Assembly: GCA_031414535.1 (NCBI GenBank)
Contig: JANNVQ010000007.1
Location: 23,317 to 87,316, forward strand
DNA length: 64,000 bases
From: Gemmatimonas sp.
GTDB lineage: Bacteria > Gemmatimonadota > Gemmatimonadetes > Gemmatimonadales > Gemmatimonadaceae
Direction: 5' to 3'
How positions within the stretch are numbered: the stretch's first letter is position 1; each line of letters starts with the position of its first letter. A program made the translations under genes and the position numbers. The notes below the pieces were generated by a model that had not been told where the DNA came from, made no database searches, and worked only from the letters and a program-made list of their open reading frames with translations. Of this stretch, positions 29,504 to 39,350 are shown in pieces.

Positions 29504-30685
29504 TTAGCGGAGCGCGGCTTTCGCCAAGTCGGCAATCTCTCGCAGAGGCCGCTTGAGCTGTTCGGCAACGCGTTGCACATCATCTGCCTCGGGCTTGGCG
29601 CGTCGCGTGCCGTCGGGGAGCGTCACCACCTTGAGAGCGATGTCGTGGCCTTCCACGCGCACGGTCACCATTTCCCGGACCAACACCTGGCGAAACGCCA
29701 TGTAGCTACGCACGCCGATGCTGGTCGAGTCCTGCAACAAGCGCTCAGCGATCGCATCCGCGTCGTTGGGTCCCGTGATTGCCTCAATCCGGGTGCCCGG
29801 CCGCCCCTTTTTCATCAGAGTCGGGATGAGCACCACGTCGAGTGCCCCCGCTTCACGCAGGGACTGCGCGACCGCCGCGAGTTCCTCGCCCGTGGCATCG
29901 TCCACATCCGCCGTCACCACAAAGACCATCTCGTGCTCCGAGTGGCCAGCGTCGGTCAACTCCGGCTCCGAGGAACCCAAGATGATTCGCAGGGCGTTCG
30001 CCCGATTCGGAAAATCCTTCGTGCCCGCCCCGAAACCACTGCGGGTCGGTGTGTACTCCGACGGCGGCGTCCCCTCGCTCAGCACGCGCACGAGTGCGGC
30101 ACCTGTTGGCGTGACAAGTTCACCCGAACCTTCGGGCCCAGGACTGACCCTCAGCCCTTCCAGTAGCCTGAGTGTCGCCGCAGTGGGCACCGCCATGCGC
30201 CCATGCTGCGTCTCCACGAAGCCATCGCCGAGCGGGATCGTGCCGCAGTACACCTTCTCGACGCCCAGCGTCTCAAGGCCCCAGATGGTCCCGACGATGT
30301 CGAGGATGGCATCCACACTGCCGACCTCATGGAGATGCACGCGCTCCACCGTCGTCCCGTGAATCGCGGCTTCGCACTCGGTGATGAGCGTGAAGCAGCG
30401 AATCGCCTTCTCCTTGACACTCGCCGGGGCGGATGTGGCCTCGACGATGGCCTTGAGGTGTTTCAGGTGCCGCCCGTGGGGCTGCGGTGGGATACTGAAG
30501 TCCACCTTCTTGCAGGCAATCTGACCGCGACTGACACTGGTGATGTGCACGCCAACGTCCGCGATTCCCAGCGCCGCAGGCAGCTCGTTGACGAATGTCT
30601 CAGGGAGTCCGAGGTCCAACAGGGCGCCGAGGCACATGTCCCCGGCGATGCCAGACATGGGGTCCAGAATAGCGATGCGCGTCAT
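29504..30685 (-). CDS. larC: Nickel pincer cofactor nickel insertase LarC
   Basis: SGIAGDMCLGALLD, HLHEVGSVDAILDI, GELVTPTGAA, MKKGRPG, KPEADD. Confidence 0.93.
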   Translation of the reverse strand: MTRIAILDPMSGIAGDMCLGALLDLGLPETFVNELPAALGIADVGVHITSVSRGQIACKKVDFSIPPQPHGRHLKHLKAIVEATSAPASVKEKAIRCFTLITECEAAIHGTTVERVHLHEVGSVDAILDIVGTIWGLETLGVEKVYCGTIPLGDGFVETQHGRMAVPTAATLRLLEGLRVSPGPEGSGELVTPTGAALVRVLSEGTPPSEYTPTRSGFGAGTKDFPNRANALRIILGSSEPELTDAGHSEHEMVFVVTADVDDATGEELAAVAQSLREAGALDVVLIPTLMKKGRPGTRIEAITGPNDADAIAERLLQDSTSIGVRSYMAFRQVLVREMVTVRVEGHDIALKVVTLPDGTRRAKPEADDVQRVAEQLKRPLREIADLAKAALR

Positions 30686-30709
30686 GCGGGAAATCTAACG
30701 CGCACTCAT

Positions 30710-31123
30710 ATGGACTCGCCGCCGCTCGCCGACCATCTTCCTGCTGTGAGCGCAACTCCCTATGAACTCATCGGCGGCGACGCGGCGGTACGTAGCCTAG
30801 TCGATCGCTTTTACGACCTCATGGACAGCGCTCCAGAGGCCAAGGAAGTCCGCGAGCTACACGCGGCGAGCCTCAAGGTTTCCCGTGACAAACTGTACAT
30901 GTATCTCACCGGTTGGCTCGGCGGACCTCAGTTGTACACGGACCGCTACGGCCATCCCATGCTGCGGGCTCGGCACATGCCATTTGCCATTGCGGAGCGC
31001 GAACGTGACCAGTGGCTGTGGTGCATGGAGACGGCAGTGGCCGAGCACGCCATGCCCGAGGAGGTCAAGGGGTTTTTGCGCAGCAAGCTGCGCCCCCTTG
31101 CCGATCACATGCGAAACCGATGA
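30710..31123 (+). CDS. Group II truncated hemoglobin
   Basis: YELIGG...LVDRFY, WLGGPQLY, GHPMLRARHMPF, ERDQWL.CM, ADHMRN. Confidence 0.93.
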   Translation: MDSPPLADHLPAVSATPYELIGGDAAVRSLVDRFYDLMDSAPEAKEVRELHAASLKVSRDKLYMYLTGWLGGPQLYTDRYGHPMLRARHMPFAIAERERDQWLWCMETAVAEHAMPEEVKGFLRSKLRPLADHMRNR

Positions 31124-32556
31124 CGTGCCGCGTTCTCTTCTCGCTCAGCCTCTTGCTGGTGGCGGGAGGGCGCGCAGCCTCCGCTCAGCGTCTTGAGGGA
31201 CTCATCCGCGCGCCAAACGGCGCCGCCGCCGCCGGCGTGGTGCTCACCGCAAAGGACAACAGCGGGGCGCGCATCGGGCAGACAGTCACGCGAGACGATG
31301 GACGATACCTGCTCTTTCTTGAGTACGCTGGCACGGCGCGCATCGAAGCCAAGCGCGTCGGCTTCTCGCGTGAGACGCTCGGCGAGCGAACTGTGGAGTC
31401 CACAGGCGTCACGAGCTTCGACGCACAACTCGCCAGCCGTCGCGTCGACTTGCCCGATGAACTGCCTCGCGGCGCCGCCACCTGCGACCGCAACCAGCGC
31501 AATAAGCGAGTGGCCGACGCGCTCTACGATGAGATTGTCACGGCCGTGACGGCGGCTCGGTTTCGCATCGGTCGCTCTGACGTGCAAGGCCGCTGGGTGA
31601 TGTCGCAGTACCGCATCGCGAAGCGCAGCGACGACACGTTGCGGGCCGCCCTGCGACGCGCGAGCGGCTCCCTACCCCAGCTCTTCCCTCCGGTCAGCAC
31701 GGAGCGACTCGAGGAGGTCGGCTTCTTCGCCACCGTGGGTGGCGATCGCAGCTTCTACGCGCCTGACCTCGAGATTATCGCGACACCGTGGTTCGTCGAG
31801 ACACACTGCGTGCGCGTGCGGCGCATTGACGAGGACTCGCTCGTGTTGTCGTTCGAGCCTCTGCGTCAGCGCAAAGGCATGGTGGACGTCGCCGGCGAGT
31901 TCACGCTCGCGTGGCCGTCGCTCGCACTGCTGCACATGAACTTCAGGTACGTGGATTTGCCGGAGACAGAGCGAGAGTCAGGCTCGGGGGGCCGGCTACG
32001 GTTTGCTCGGACGCCGAGTGGCGGTTGGCTCGTCACCGATTGGAGCCAGCGCACGCCATTTCTCAATTACTTCACTGGCGAGGGCAACACGACACTCGTC
32101 CGTTCGCAGATGACTCGCGTAGATGTCGTCGCGCACTTCCTGACCGGTGGACGCATGCTCGCGGTGTCGGACAGCGGTGGCACACGTTTTCAGCGCGATC
32201 CACATGGTGCACGGGTGGCTGGTACAGCCTTCGCACCGCTCTGCCCCGAACGCACCACGATTCAACCCACGGCCGCCGCCCGCGGACGCTTCATGAAAGA
32301 TTCCACGAACCTGCCTCTGGCCGGCACCGTGATTCGCGCCTCATGGACCACGCCCGTCATCGTGAATCGCACCGAACTGCAAGAACGCGAAGAAGTCCGC
32401 GAAACCACGACGGACGAGAATGGTGCCTGGGCGCTGTGCGACATTCCCCTCGAGCGCGACGTCATCATTCGCTGGGAAGCCGGTGATGCCGAGCGGCGCA
32501 TCCCACTGCGCGTGGCACAGCCGTTCAGCGTGACGGAAGTCCGTCAGCCACGCTGA
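31120..32556 (+). CDS. Secreted protein with carboxypeptidase-regulatory-like beta-sandwich domains
   Basis: Signal peptide; N-terminal TRDDGRY..IEAKRVGF and C-terminal TTDENGAWALCDIP motifs. Confidence 0.65.
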   Translation: MTCRVLFSLSLLLVAGGRAASAQRLEGLIRAPNGAAAAGVVLTAKDNSGARIGQTVTRDDGRYLLFLEYAGTARIEAKRVGFSRETLGERTVESTGVTSFDAQLASRRVDLPDELPRGAATCDRNQRNKRVADALYDEIVTAVTAARFRIGRSDVQGRWVMSQYRIAKRSDDTLRAALRRASGSLPQLFPPVSTERLEEVGFFATVGGDRSFYAPDLEIIATPWFVETHCVRVRRIDEDSLVLSFEPLRQRKGMVDVAGEFTLAWPSLALLHMNFRYVDLPETERESGSGGRLRFARTPSGGWLVTDWSQRTPFLNYFTGEGNTTLVRSQMTRVDVVAHFLTGGRMLAVSDSGGTRFQRDPHGARVAGTAFAPLCPERTTIQPTAAARGRFMKDSTNLPLAGTVIRASWTTPVIVNRTELQEREEVRETTTDENGAWALCDIPLERDVIIRWEAGDAERRIPLRVAQPFSVTEVRQPR

Positions 32557-32565
32557 ACGCACCGT

Positions 32566-33708
32566 CTACCAGCGATAGCTGGCGCCTGAGCCCGTGTTGA
32601 AAACGACAACCTCGGCATCGGCACGCAGCCGTCCTGCGGCCACTAACTGACGCGCGGCTTCGAGCGCGGCCCCACCTTCCGGTGCCGCATCAATGCCGCT
32701 CTTACTCGCCAAAAGGAACGTGCCGCTGCGAATGCGCGCTTCGCTCACCGCTTCCGCCTCGCCGGCGCTCTCGCGCAAGGTTCGTAACGTGAGCCGGTCA
32801 CCCAAAGGACCCGGAACGCGCAAGCCACTGGCGTGCGTAGTAGGATCTGGCCATGGAGTGGCCTTCTCCTCTCCGGCTTGGAATGCCTTCACGAGGGGCG
32901 CACATCCATCCGCCTGCGCAATGATCATGCGCGGACGCGCCGTGTCGGCCGGAAGCCATCCCCAAGCGATCATCTCGTTGATGGCCTTCCAAATGCCAAT
33001 CGTCCCTTCTCCGCCACCAGTAGGATAGACGATGGCATCGGGCAACCTCCAACCCAGCTGCTCAGCCATCTCGTAGCCCATGGTCTTCATCCCCTCCACG
33101 CGGTACGGCTCGCGCACGGTGGCGACATTGAAGTACCCGCTCTGAGTGGCGAATGCGATCGTCGCCTTGCCGCAATCACCAATGTGCCCGGGAAGCAGCA
33201 CGAGATCAGCGCCGAGCGCGCGAATGGATCCCAGAATGGGCGGCGGCGTCGTCTCCGGAGCAAAGATGCGGCAAGGCATCCCGGCGGCGGCGGCGTAGGC
33301 GGCGAGTGCGATGCCGGCATTGCCCGCCGTCGGCACGCACACGCCAGGCAAGTTGAGCGCCTTGGCGCGCGTAACGGCCATCATCAACCCGCGCGCCTTG
33401 AAGCTTGCGGTGGGATTCAGTCCCTCATCCTTCACCCAAAGCCGTCGCACGCCAATCTCCGTGGCAAGATGCGGCAGTTCAATTAACGGCGTCATGCCCT
33501 CGCCGAGTGTGATTGCGCGCTCGCCTGCCTGCAATGGCAATGCGGCGCCGTACCGCCACAGACTCGCCTCTGCCGTGACCGCAGCACGCGGCACGGCATT
33601 GGGATACTGCACCAGCAACGGCTGACCACAGGACGGGCAGAGCGACGCGAGACGCGCGCCGTCAGGCTGGGTGTAGGAGCAAACGGAGCAGCTGAGGGAC
33701 CAAGTCAT
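32566..33708 (-). CDS. thrC: Threonine synthase (PLP fold II)
   Basis: TLGEGMTPL, KDEGLNPTASFKARG, PTAGNAG, EGMKTMGYE, VVFNTG. Confidence 0.88.
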   Translation of the reverse strand: MTWSLSCSVCSYTQPDGARLASLCPSCGQPLLVQYPNAVPRAAVTAEASLWRYGAALPLQAGERAITLGEGMTPLIELPHLATEIGVRRLWVKDEGLNPTASFKARGLMMAVTRAKALNLPGVCVPTAGNAGIALAAYAAAAGMPCRIFAPETTPPPILGSIRALGADLVLLPGHIGDCGKATIAFATQSGYFNVATVREPYRVEGMKTMGYEMAEQLGWRLPDAIVYPTGGGEGTIGIWKAINEMIAWGWLPADTARPRMIIAQADGCAPLVKAFQAGEEKATPWPDPTTHASGLRVPGPLGDRLTLRTLRESAGEAEAVSEARIRSGTFLLASKSGIDAAPEGGAALEAARQLVAAGRLRADAEVVVFNTGSGASYRW

Positions 33709-33717
33709 TGAGATGGG

Positions 33718-33738
33718 GACGGATGACGGATGACGGAT
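33718..33738. repeat. Heptamer tandem repeat (GACGGAT)x3 in the uvrC-thrC spacer
   Basis: Three exact copies read directly. Confidence 0.85.
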
Positions 33739-33758
33739 GCAAAACGCGTACGGTGTTG

Positions 33759-35708
33759 CTACTGGATTGGGTCTTGAGACGTTGGTTCTTGCGATCTTGG
33801 TTCTTGAGACCCTGATTCTTCCGACTGTGAGTCTTTTGAATCGGGGTCGCCCGCAGCTTCGCTGGCCGCTGCCACCGTTGGCGCCAACGGCACGCCTAGT
33901 CCCTCGAGCAACTTGCGAGCACTGGCGTCGCTGAAGCCTTCGAGCGCGGCCACCTGCTCAAGGCTCGCCTCCTTCACGCCCTGCAAGGAGCCAAAGGCCT
34001 GCAACAATGCGCGCCGCTTCACGGGGCCGACGCCGGGCAGCTTGAGAAGTTCGCTCGTCACCGTGCGCATCGTACGCCGCTTGCGGTTGTACGTCACGGC
34101 GCTGCGATGCGCCTCATCGCGAATCTGTTGCAAGAGGCGCAAGGCCGCTGAGCGCCGCGGGAGCCGCAGCGACTCACGCTTTCCCCGCGAAAAAATCTCC
34201 TCTTCGCGCTTCGCCAGCCCAATGAGCGGTAGCGCGCCGAGGCCCAACGCCTGAAGCGCTTCATCGGCCGCACTGAGCTGCCCCTTGCCGCCGTCCACCA
34301 CCACGAGGTCCGGCAAAGGGCGCTTCTCGTCGAGGCGGCGGCGGAAGTAGCGCCCTACGACTTCGCGCATGGACTGAAAGTCGTCCGGTCCCAACGCTTC
34401 GTCCACGGTCTTCACCTTCATCGTGCGGTATTCGGCGCGGCGCGGACGCCCGTTCTCAAACCACACGATGCCGCCCACGCTATCCTTGCCCTGCGACGTG
34501 GAGTTGTCGAAGCAGATGATGGAGCGCGGCAGCTTCTCTAGTCCCAAGGCCTGGCCCAGCTCGTAGACGGGATCGGCCGCACGCTCGTCCGTTTCCTGCT
34601 CGGCAAGCTTGAACTCTTCGAGCAGGTGCCTCGCGTTCTGCTCCGCGAGGTCGAGAAGATCGCGCTTAGGACCGCGCTGCGGGATCAAGAGCTTGGCTTC
34701 GCCCTTCAAGGCCTCTTCGAAGAGCGGTCGATCCTCGAAGTCAAACGGAATCAGCAGCTCGCGCGCCCGAGCCGGCGCCTTGAGATAGGCGCTCACTAAG
34801 TATGTGGAGAGCACATCACCATCGGGCTCGCCTTCTACGCCTTCCAGAAAGCGATGTTCGCGCGCCACCAACTTTCCGGTACGAATACGCAGCAGCGTGG
34901 CCGCCGCGTCATCGCCGTCCCGGGCGTAGCCAATCACGTCGCGGTCTCCGCCTTCCACCTCGGCCACCACGCTCGGCTCTTCCATTCGCTGCAACTTCGC
35001 GATGGCATCGCGCAACTCGGCAGCGCGTTCGAACTCCATCGCCTCGGCGGCGGCATCCATCAGGCTGCGTACGCGCTTCACCACATCGTCGGTCTTGCCG
35101 TCGAGGAAGGTCAGCACCTCGTCAATCATGGCCGCGTACTCACGCTGCGACTGTGCGAAGATGCAGGGGGCCTTGCAGCGGCCGATGTGGTAGTCGAGAC
35201 AGGCGCGCTCGGGCATCTCGGACGGCATATCGTAGCGGCAGGATCGCACAGTGAAGATGCGCTTTACCACATCGAGCGCGCGGCGCATGGCGGTGACGTC
35301 TGTATACGGTCCGAAGTACCGCGCCCCATCGCTCTGCAGTCGGCGCGTCACGAACACCCGCGGATACGGCTCTTGGACCGTGACCTTGATGTACGGATAG
35401 GTCTTGTCGTCCCGTAACATCACGTTGTACTTGGGACGATGCTCCTTGATGAGGTTGTTCTCAAGGATGAGCGCGCTGGCCTCGTCGGGTACGACGATGG
35501 TCTCGACATCGGCAATCTGCTCGACGAGACGCCGCGTCTTGGGATTATCCCAATGCTCGGACGCGAAGTAGCTACGCACACGGGGCCGCAGACGCTTGGC
35601 CTTGCCCACATATAACACCGTGCCGTCTGCCGCTCTCCAGAGGTAGACGCCCGGCGTTTCGGGCAAATGCGCAAGCTTCTGCGCAACCCGTTCAGGCGCT
35701 TCGGGCAC
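33759..35708 (-). CDS. uvrC: Excinuclease ABC subunit C
   Basis: GIY-YIG region (PGVYLW..YVGKAK.LR), UVR domain, DGGKGQL, RDEAHR, HhH GVGPVK. Confidence 0.98.
   Translation of the reverse strand: MPEAPERVAQKLAHLPETPGVYLWRAADGTVLYVGKAKRLRPRVRSYFASEHWDNPKTRRLVEQIADVETIVVPDEASALILENNLIKEHRPKYNVMLRDDKTYPYIKVTVQEPYPRVFVTRRLQSDGARYFGPYTDVTAMRRALDVVKRIFTVRSCRYDMPSEMPERACLDYHIGRCKAPCIFAQSQREYAAMIDEVLTFLDGKTDDVVKRVRSLMDAAAEAMEFERAAELRDAIAKLQRMEEPSVVAEVEGGDRDVIGYARDGDDAAATLLRIRTGKLVAREHRFLEGVEGEPDGDVLSTYLVSAYLKAPARARELLIPFDFEDRPLFEEALKGEAKLLIPQRGPKRDLLDLAEQNARHLLEEFKLAEQETDERAADPVYELGQALGLEKLPRSIICFDNSTSQGKDSVGGIVWFENGRPRRAEYRTMKVKTVDEALGPDDFQSMREVVGRYFRRRLDEKRPLPDLVVVDGGKGQLSAADEALQALGLGALPLIGLAKREEEIFSRGKRESLRLPRRSAALRLLQQIRDEAHRSAVTYNRKRRTMRTVTSELLKLPGVGPVKRRALLQAFGSLQGVKEASLEQVAALEGFSDASARKLLEGLGVPLAPTVAAASEAAGDPDSKDSQSEESGSQEPRSQEPTSQDPIQ
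33767..33811 (-). repeat. Degenerate 15-bp tandem repeat encoding the UvrC tail (SQEPR/SQEPT/SQDPI)
   Basis: TTGGGTCTTGAGACG / TTGGTTCTTGCGATC / TTGGTTCTTGAGACC on the + strand. Confidence 0.75.
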
Positions 35709-37230
35709 GATTCACTCCGAGTAGCCCCGTGAACACCAGGTACGCCACGCCAAAGCTCGCGAGCACTAGGCTGCCCTCCAGCATGGGCCGAAGCTCACTG
35801 ACCTGACGCGCGACGGCGATCCCCACCAGCGCCGCGAGAATCGCGCTGAGCCAGATCTTGGGCATCAATGACGTGGGCAAATCAATGCGACCCACCAAGG
35901 CCTCAACGTGCCGCCGCAGCAGCCGGTACTCGAGCCACGCCGCAAGACCCGACGCCGCGGTGAGAATTCCCACGCCCAACTGCGTGGGCAGACCCACGCG
36001 CGCGGGAATCTGCGTCGCCAATGCCATACCAAGCACGCCGGCTAGCGATACACGCACTACAGCGAAGCGAAACGGTGTGTGCGTGTCCCCAAGAGCAAAG
36101 GACGCCGAGGAGAACAAGCGCCCCTGTGTGCTGGCAAGGAGACCGACGCCGGAGCCAGCCAGGGCCGCCCACACCCAGATCGCGTCTTCACGGCCAAATG
36201 CCCCGCCCTCGTAAAGCACCGATGCCATCATGCGACCAAACACCACCAAGCCTACCGCGGAGGGAATCACGAAGTACGCAATTCGCTGCAGGCCGCGTGC
36301 GAGCCGAGTGGAGAGCGCAGCCGCAACCTCCTCCCGGCTTCCCGTGGCGGCCGACATCGCCGGGAGCTCACTCGCCGCAACCGACATGCCAAACAGCGAG
36401 ACGGGCAGCATCGAGATGGCCTGCGCGTAGGTCAGCGTGGCGAGCGCGCCCGCACCGAGAAATGACGCGATGAGCGTATCCACATATCCGCTCACCTGCA
36501 CCACGCCGCGCGTCGCCACGCTCGGGGCGAAGTTGCGAAGCACCGTACGCACCTGCCCTGCTGCCGGTCCGGCGCTGAGCCGCAGTCCCCCTTCCACGCG
36601 CAACACCGTCGGGACCTGCACCACGAGTTGCAGCGCTGCGCCCGCGACACTGGCAAAGGCCACAGTGACCGCAAGCTGCGCCTGCGTGCTGTCAGCGCTC
36701 GTGCCCGCGTACAGCAGGGCCGCGATGATCGCCGCGTTCCATAGCACCGGCGACGCATACGAGAGAAAGAATCGGCGATGCGCGTTCAGAACACCGAGGC
36801 ACCAGGCCGAGACCACGAGGAGCCCGAGCCCCGGGAAAATAATGCGGACCAGCAGGACGGTGAGTTCGCGCGACTCAACATCAAGGCCCGGGGCGATAAC
36901 TTGCACGAGCCACGAAGCGGCAAGGATGCCCAGCAACACCAGCACAGACACCAGCGCCGTCAAGAGTGCGAGCACAGCGCCCGCGACGCGCCCCGCTTCC
37001 TCGCGCTTCCCCTCCGCGAGCAGCTTGGCGTACACAGGGATGAACGACGCCGAGAGCGCGCCCTCACCGAACAGGTTCTGCAGCAGGTTGGGAATGCGGA
37101 ACGCTGCGGCGAGCGCATCAGCCACTACGCCGTTGCCGAGGTAGTGCGCAGTGACCCGTTGCCGGACGAGCCCAAACACACGGCTCAGCAGGATCCCAGC
37201 GGCGACGAGGCGCGCCCCGCCGATCTTCAT
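35692..37230 (-). CDS. murJ: Lipid II flippase MurJ
   Basis: SRVFGLVRQ, AFRIPNLLQNLFGEGALSASFIP, LPVSLFG, ALGDTHTP. Confidence 0.96.
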   Translation of the reverse strand: MKIGGARLVAAGILLSRVFGLVRQRVTAHYLGNGVVADALAAAFRIPNLLQNLFGEGALSASFIPVYAKLLAEGKREEAGRVAGAVLALLTALVSVLVLLGILAASWLVQVIAPGLDVESRELTVLLVRIIFPGLGLLVVSAWCLGVLNAHRRFFLSYASPVLWNAAIIAALLYAGTSADSTQAQLAVTVAFASVAGAALQLVVQVPTVLRVEGGLRLSAGPAAGQVRTVLRNFAPSVATRGVVQVSGYVDTLIASFLGAGALATLTYAQAISMLPVSLFGMSVAASELPAMSAATGSREEVAAALSTRLARGLQRIAYFVIPSAVGLVVFGRMMASVLYEGGAFGREDAIWVWAALAGSGVGLLASTQGRLFSSASFALGDTHTPFRFAVVRVSLAGVLGMALATQIPARVGLPTQLGVGILTAASGLAAWLEYRLLRRHVEALVGRIDLPTSLMPKIWLSAILAALVGIAVARQVSELRPMLEGSLVLASFGVAYLVFTGLLGVNRARSA

Positions 37231-38777
37231 CACCCGCCGACCAGCGACCCGGCGTGCATCGCCGCGCCCGCCTTCAACTGCGCGAGCAAAAGTTCTCCGT
37301 GGCGCGCCAACATCGGAACCGGATTCAGACGCCGCTCCTGACGTTGATTATCGGGCATCAAGGCCGCGCGCACGGTGGCAAGATCTTGGACCGCTTCCAC
37401 CGACCGGCCCCGCGCCGCGGCGCGCAGACGACGTTCCAAACGATCTACACGATGCAACATCTGGTGACGTGCGCCTTCAATCACGCGATCCGGCACCAAG
37501 TGGTCCAACTGCGACGACACCGCGCTGAGGGAATCGAGCCGATCCGCGAGATCCTTGCGCAAACCCTCGAGCGCATCGCGCACCGCGGCCGGCATCGCGC
37601 GATCACCAATTCGACGTTCGGCGTCATGCGGCGTCTTGAGATCATCCAACACCATGCCCAAGCGGCCAAGACGACGATCCGTACCTGGCTCCACCACCGT
37701 TGCGGACCAACGTGGGACCGCGAGCGGTGCGGCGATGCCGAGCGCTTCGGATACAGCGCTCACCTGCGAGAAATAGGCGATCTCGCCCGGCCCCGCGACG
37801 TAGGCCACTGTAGGCAGGATACGTCGCTCCACCACCGGACGAAGCAGCACGTTGGCCGACAGGATGGAGTCCGCCCGATGCGCCACCTCATCCGCCTGCG
37901 CAATCGGAATCCGCTCCTTCACGCCAGCCAGCGAACGGAAGACCAACGAAAGCTTCGGCACTCGCGCCACCTGGGCGCGGAACCCTGCACGCTCTATCGC
38001 TACCATGCGCAGCGCCAGCGCCTCGTCCACACTGGCGGCGCGGCGTAGCGCTTCCACCAGCGTGGGCCGCGCGGCCGCGCGCGTGGCAGGATGCCAGGCA
38101 TCGAGCACGGCAATGCCGTGCGGTTGTAGCAACTGGCGCAGGAATCGAACGTACGCGCCGCCCACCGTCGCATCCGGGTTGTACGCAGCCTTGAGTGCAT
38201 CGAGAATCGCCCCGTGCGGCGCTGAGCCTGCCGCGGCCACTAACTCTTCGAACTGCTCACCTGTGTCGCCAAGCGGCATTTCGGCCATGACCACGCCTTC
38301 ATTGCCGCGGCGCGAAATGCTCAAACGCCGCACCTGGCCTTCACCAGCTACGGCTGTCCACGAGGCCTCGGCGAAGTCCGCGTCGTCGGTCGCAGCCCAA
38401 AATACCGGTGCGCAGGGAATTCCCGTGTCGCGCTCAATACGATCGGCGAGGGCCAACGCCGACAGCGCCTTGAGGAGCGTGTACAGCGGACCGCCAAACA
38501 GTCCCGGCTGTTGGCCCGTCGTGATGACGATGCCGTTTTGGTCGGCGACACGCTCTAGGCGCTCCGCCGCCGGGCCCGCGGCATCAAACGCGGGCCGCAG
38601 GCCGGCCAGCCAACGCGAGCCGCCAAACTCCTGCTGGACCCGCTCCGCGCGCGCCTTCCACGCGGCGGCACCAGAAGGGCGCGGCGGGAACCAATCCGCC
38701 GGCACTTGGCCGTCCTGTGCGGCGCGCGAGAGTGGCGAGCCACCTAAGGTCTCCGTGACCAGACGTGGTGCGCTCAT
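37230..38777 (-). CDS. bshC: Bacillithiol biosynthesis protein BshC
   Basis: TTGQQPGLFGGPLYTLLKA, PVFWAATDDADFAE, SANVLLRP, YVAGPGEIAYF, QER. Alternative start 38807. Confidence 0.92.
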   Translation of the reverse strand: MSAPRLVTETLGGSPLSRAAQDGQVPADWFPPRPSGAAAWKARAERVQQEFGGSRWLAGLRPAFDAAGPAAERLERVADQNGIVITTGQQPGLFGGPLYTLLKALSALALADRIERDTGIPCAPVFWAATDDADFAEASWTAVAGEGQVRRLSISRRGNEGVVMAEMPLGDTGEQFEELVAAAGSAPHGAILDALKAAYNPDATVGGAYVRFLRQLLQPHGIAVLDAWHPATRAAARPTLVEALRRAASVDEALALRMVAIERAGFRAQVARVPKLSLVFRSLAGVKERIPIAQADEVAHRADSILSANVLLRPVVERRILPTVAYVAGPGEIAYFSQVSAVSEALGIAAPLAVPRWSATVVEPGTDRRLGRLGMVLDDLKTPHDAERRIGDRAMPAAVRDALEGLRKDLADRLDSLSAVSSQLDHLVPDRVIEGARHQMLHRVDRLERRLRAAARGRSVEAVQDLATVRAALMPDNQRQERRLNPVPMLARHGELLLAQLKAGAAMHAGSLVGG

Positions 38778-38840
38778 CGCGCGTCCCCTGGCGTCGGGCT
38801 CCAACATCGCAGGCTCTCGGCTCGCTGCATTGACGTTTCG

Positions 38841-39308
38841 TTACTTGTGGTAGGGTTCACCGCGCACGATGCTACCCGCGCGATAGATCTGTTCCATCAA
38901 TACCAACCGCGCCAATTCGTGCGGGAGGGTCCATGGCGCCAAACTCAGCTTGCGGTGCTCACGCTGCCGCAGCGATGCCGCGATGCCGTGCGCTCCGCCA
39001 ATCACAATTGCCAAGTCCTGCGCACGCTCTCGATATCCCTGCAACAACGCGGCGAACGACTCCGACGTGTACGACTTGCCGTCCGCTGGATCACAAAGCA
39101 GCAGCACCGCACCCGACGGAAGCTTGCTCAGGATTCGCTCTGCCTCCTTCTCCATCACCTGAGCCGGGGCAAGCGAACGTCCCGACTCCTCCTTCACCTC
39201 GACGATCTCGAGCGGCCAATAGTGCACGGCACGCTCCTCATACTGACGAATGGCCGCCGCGAGCGCCGCGTCACGCGGCTTCCCGACGGCGGCCACTACA
39301 ATCTTCAT
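38841..39308 (-). CDS. rlmH: 23S rRNA pseudouridine-1915 N3-methyltransferase
   Basis: IGGAHG, TLPHELARLVLMEQIYRA, GEPYHK. Confidence 0.96.
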   Translation of the reverse strand: MKIVVAAVGKPRDAALAAAIRQYEERAVHYWPLEIVEVKEESGRSLAPAQVMEKEAERILSKLPSGAVLLLCDPADGKSYTSESFAALLQGYRERAQDLAIVIGGAHGIAASLRQREHRKLSLAPWTLPHELARLVLMEQIYRAGSIVRGEPYHK

Positions 39309-39350
39309 CGCCGCCCCGGACGCGCCTTAGCGCGCCCAGCGGCGCGCGCG

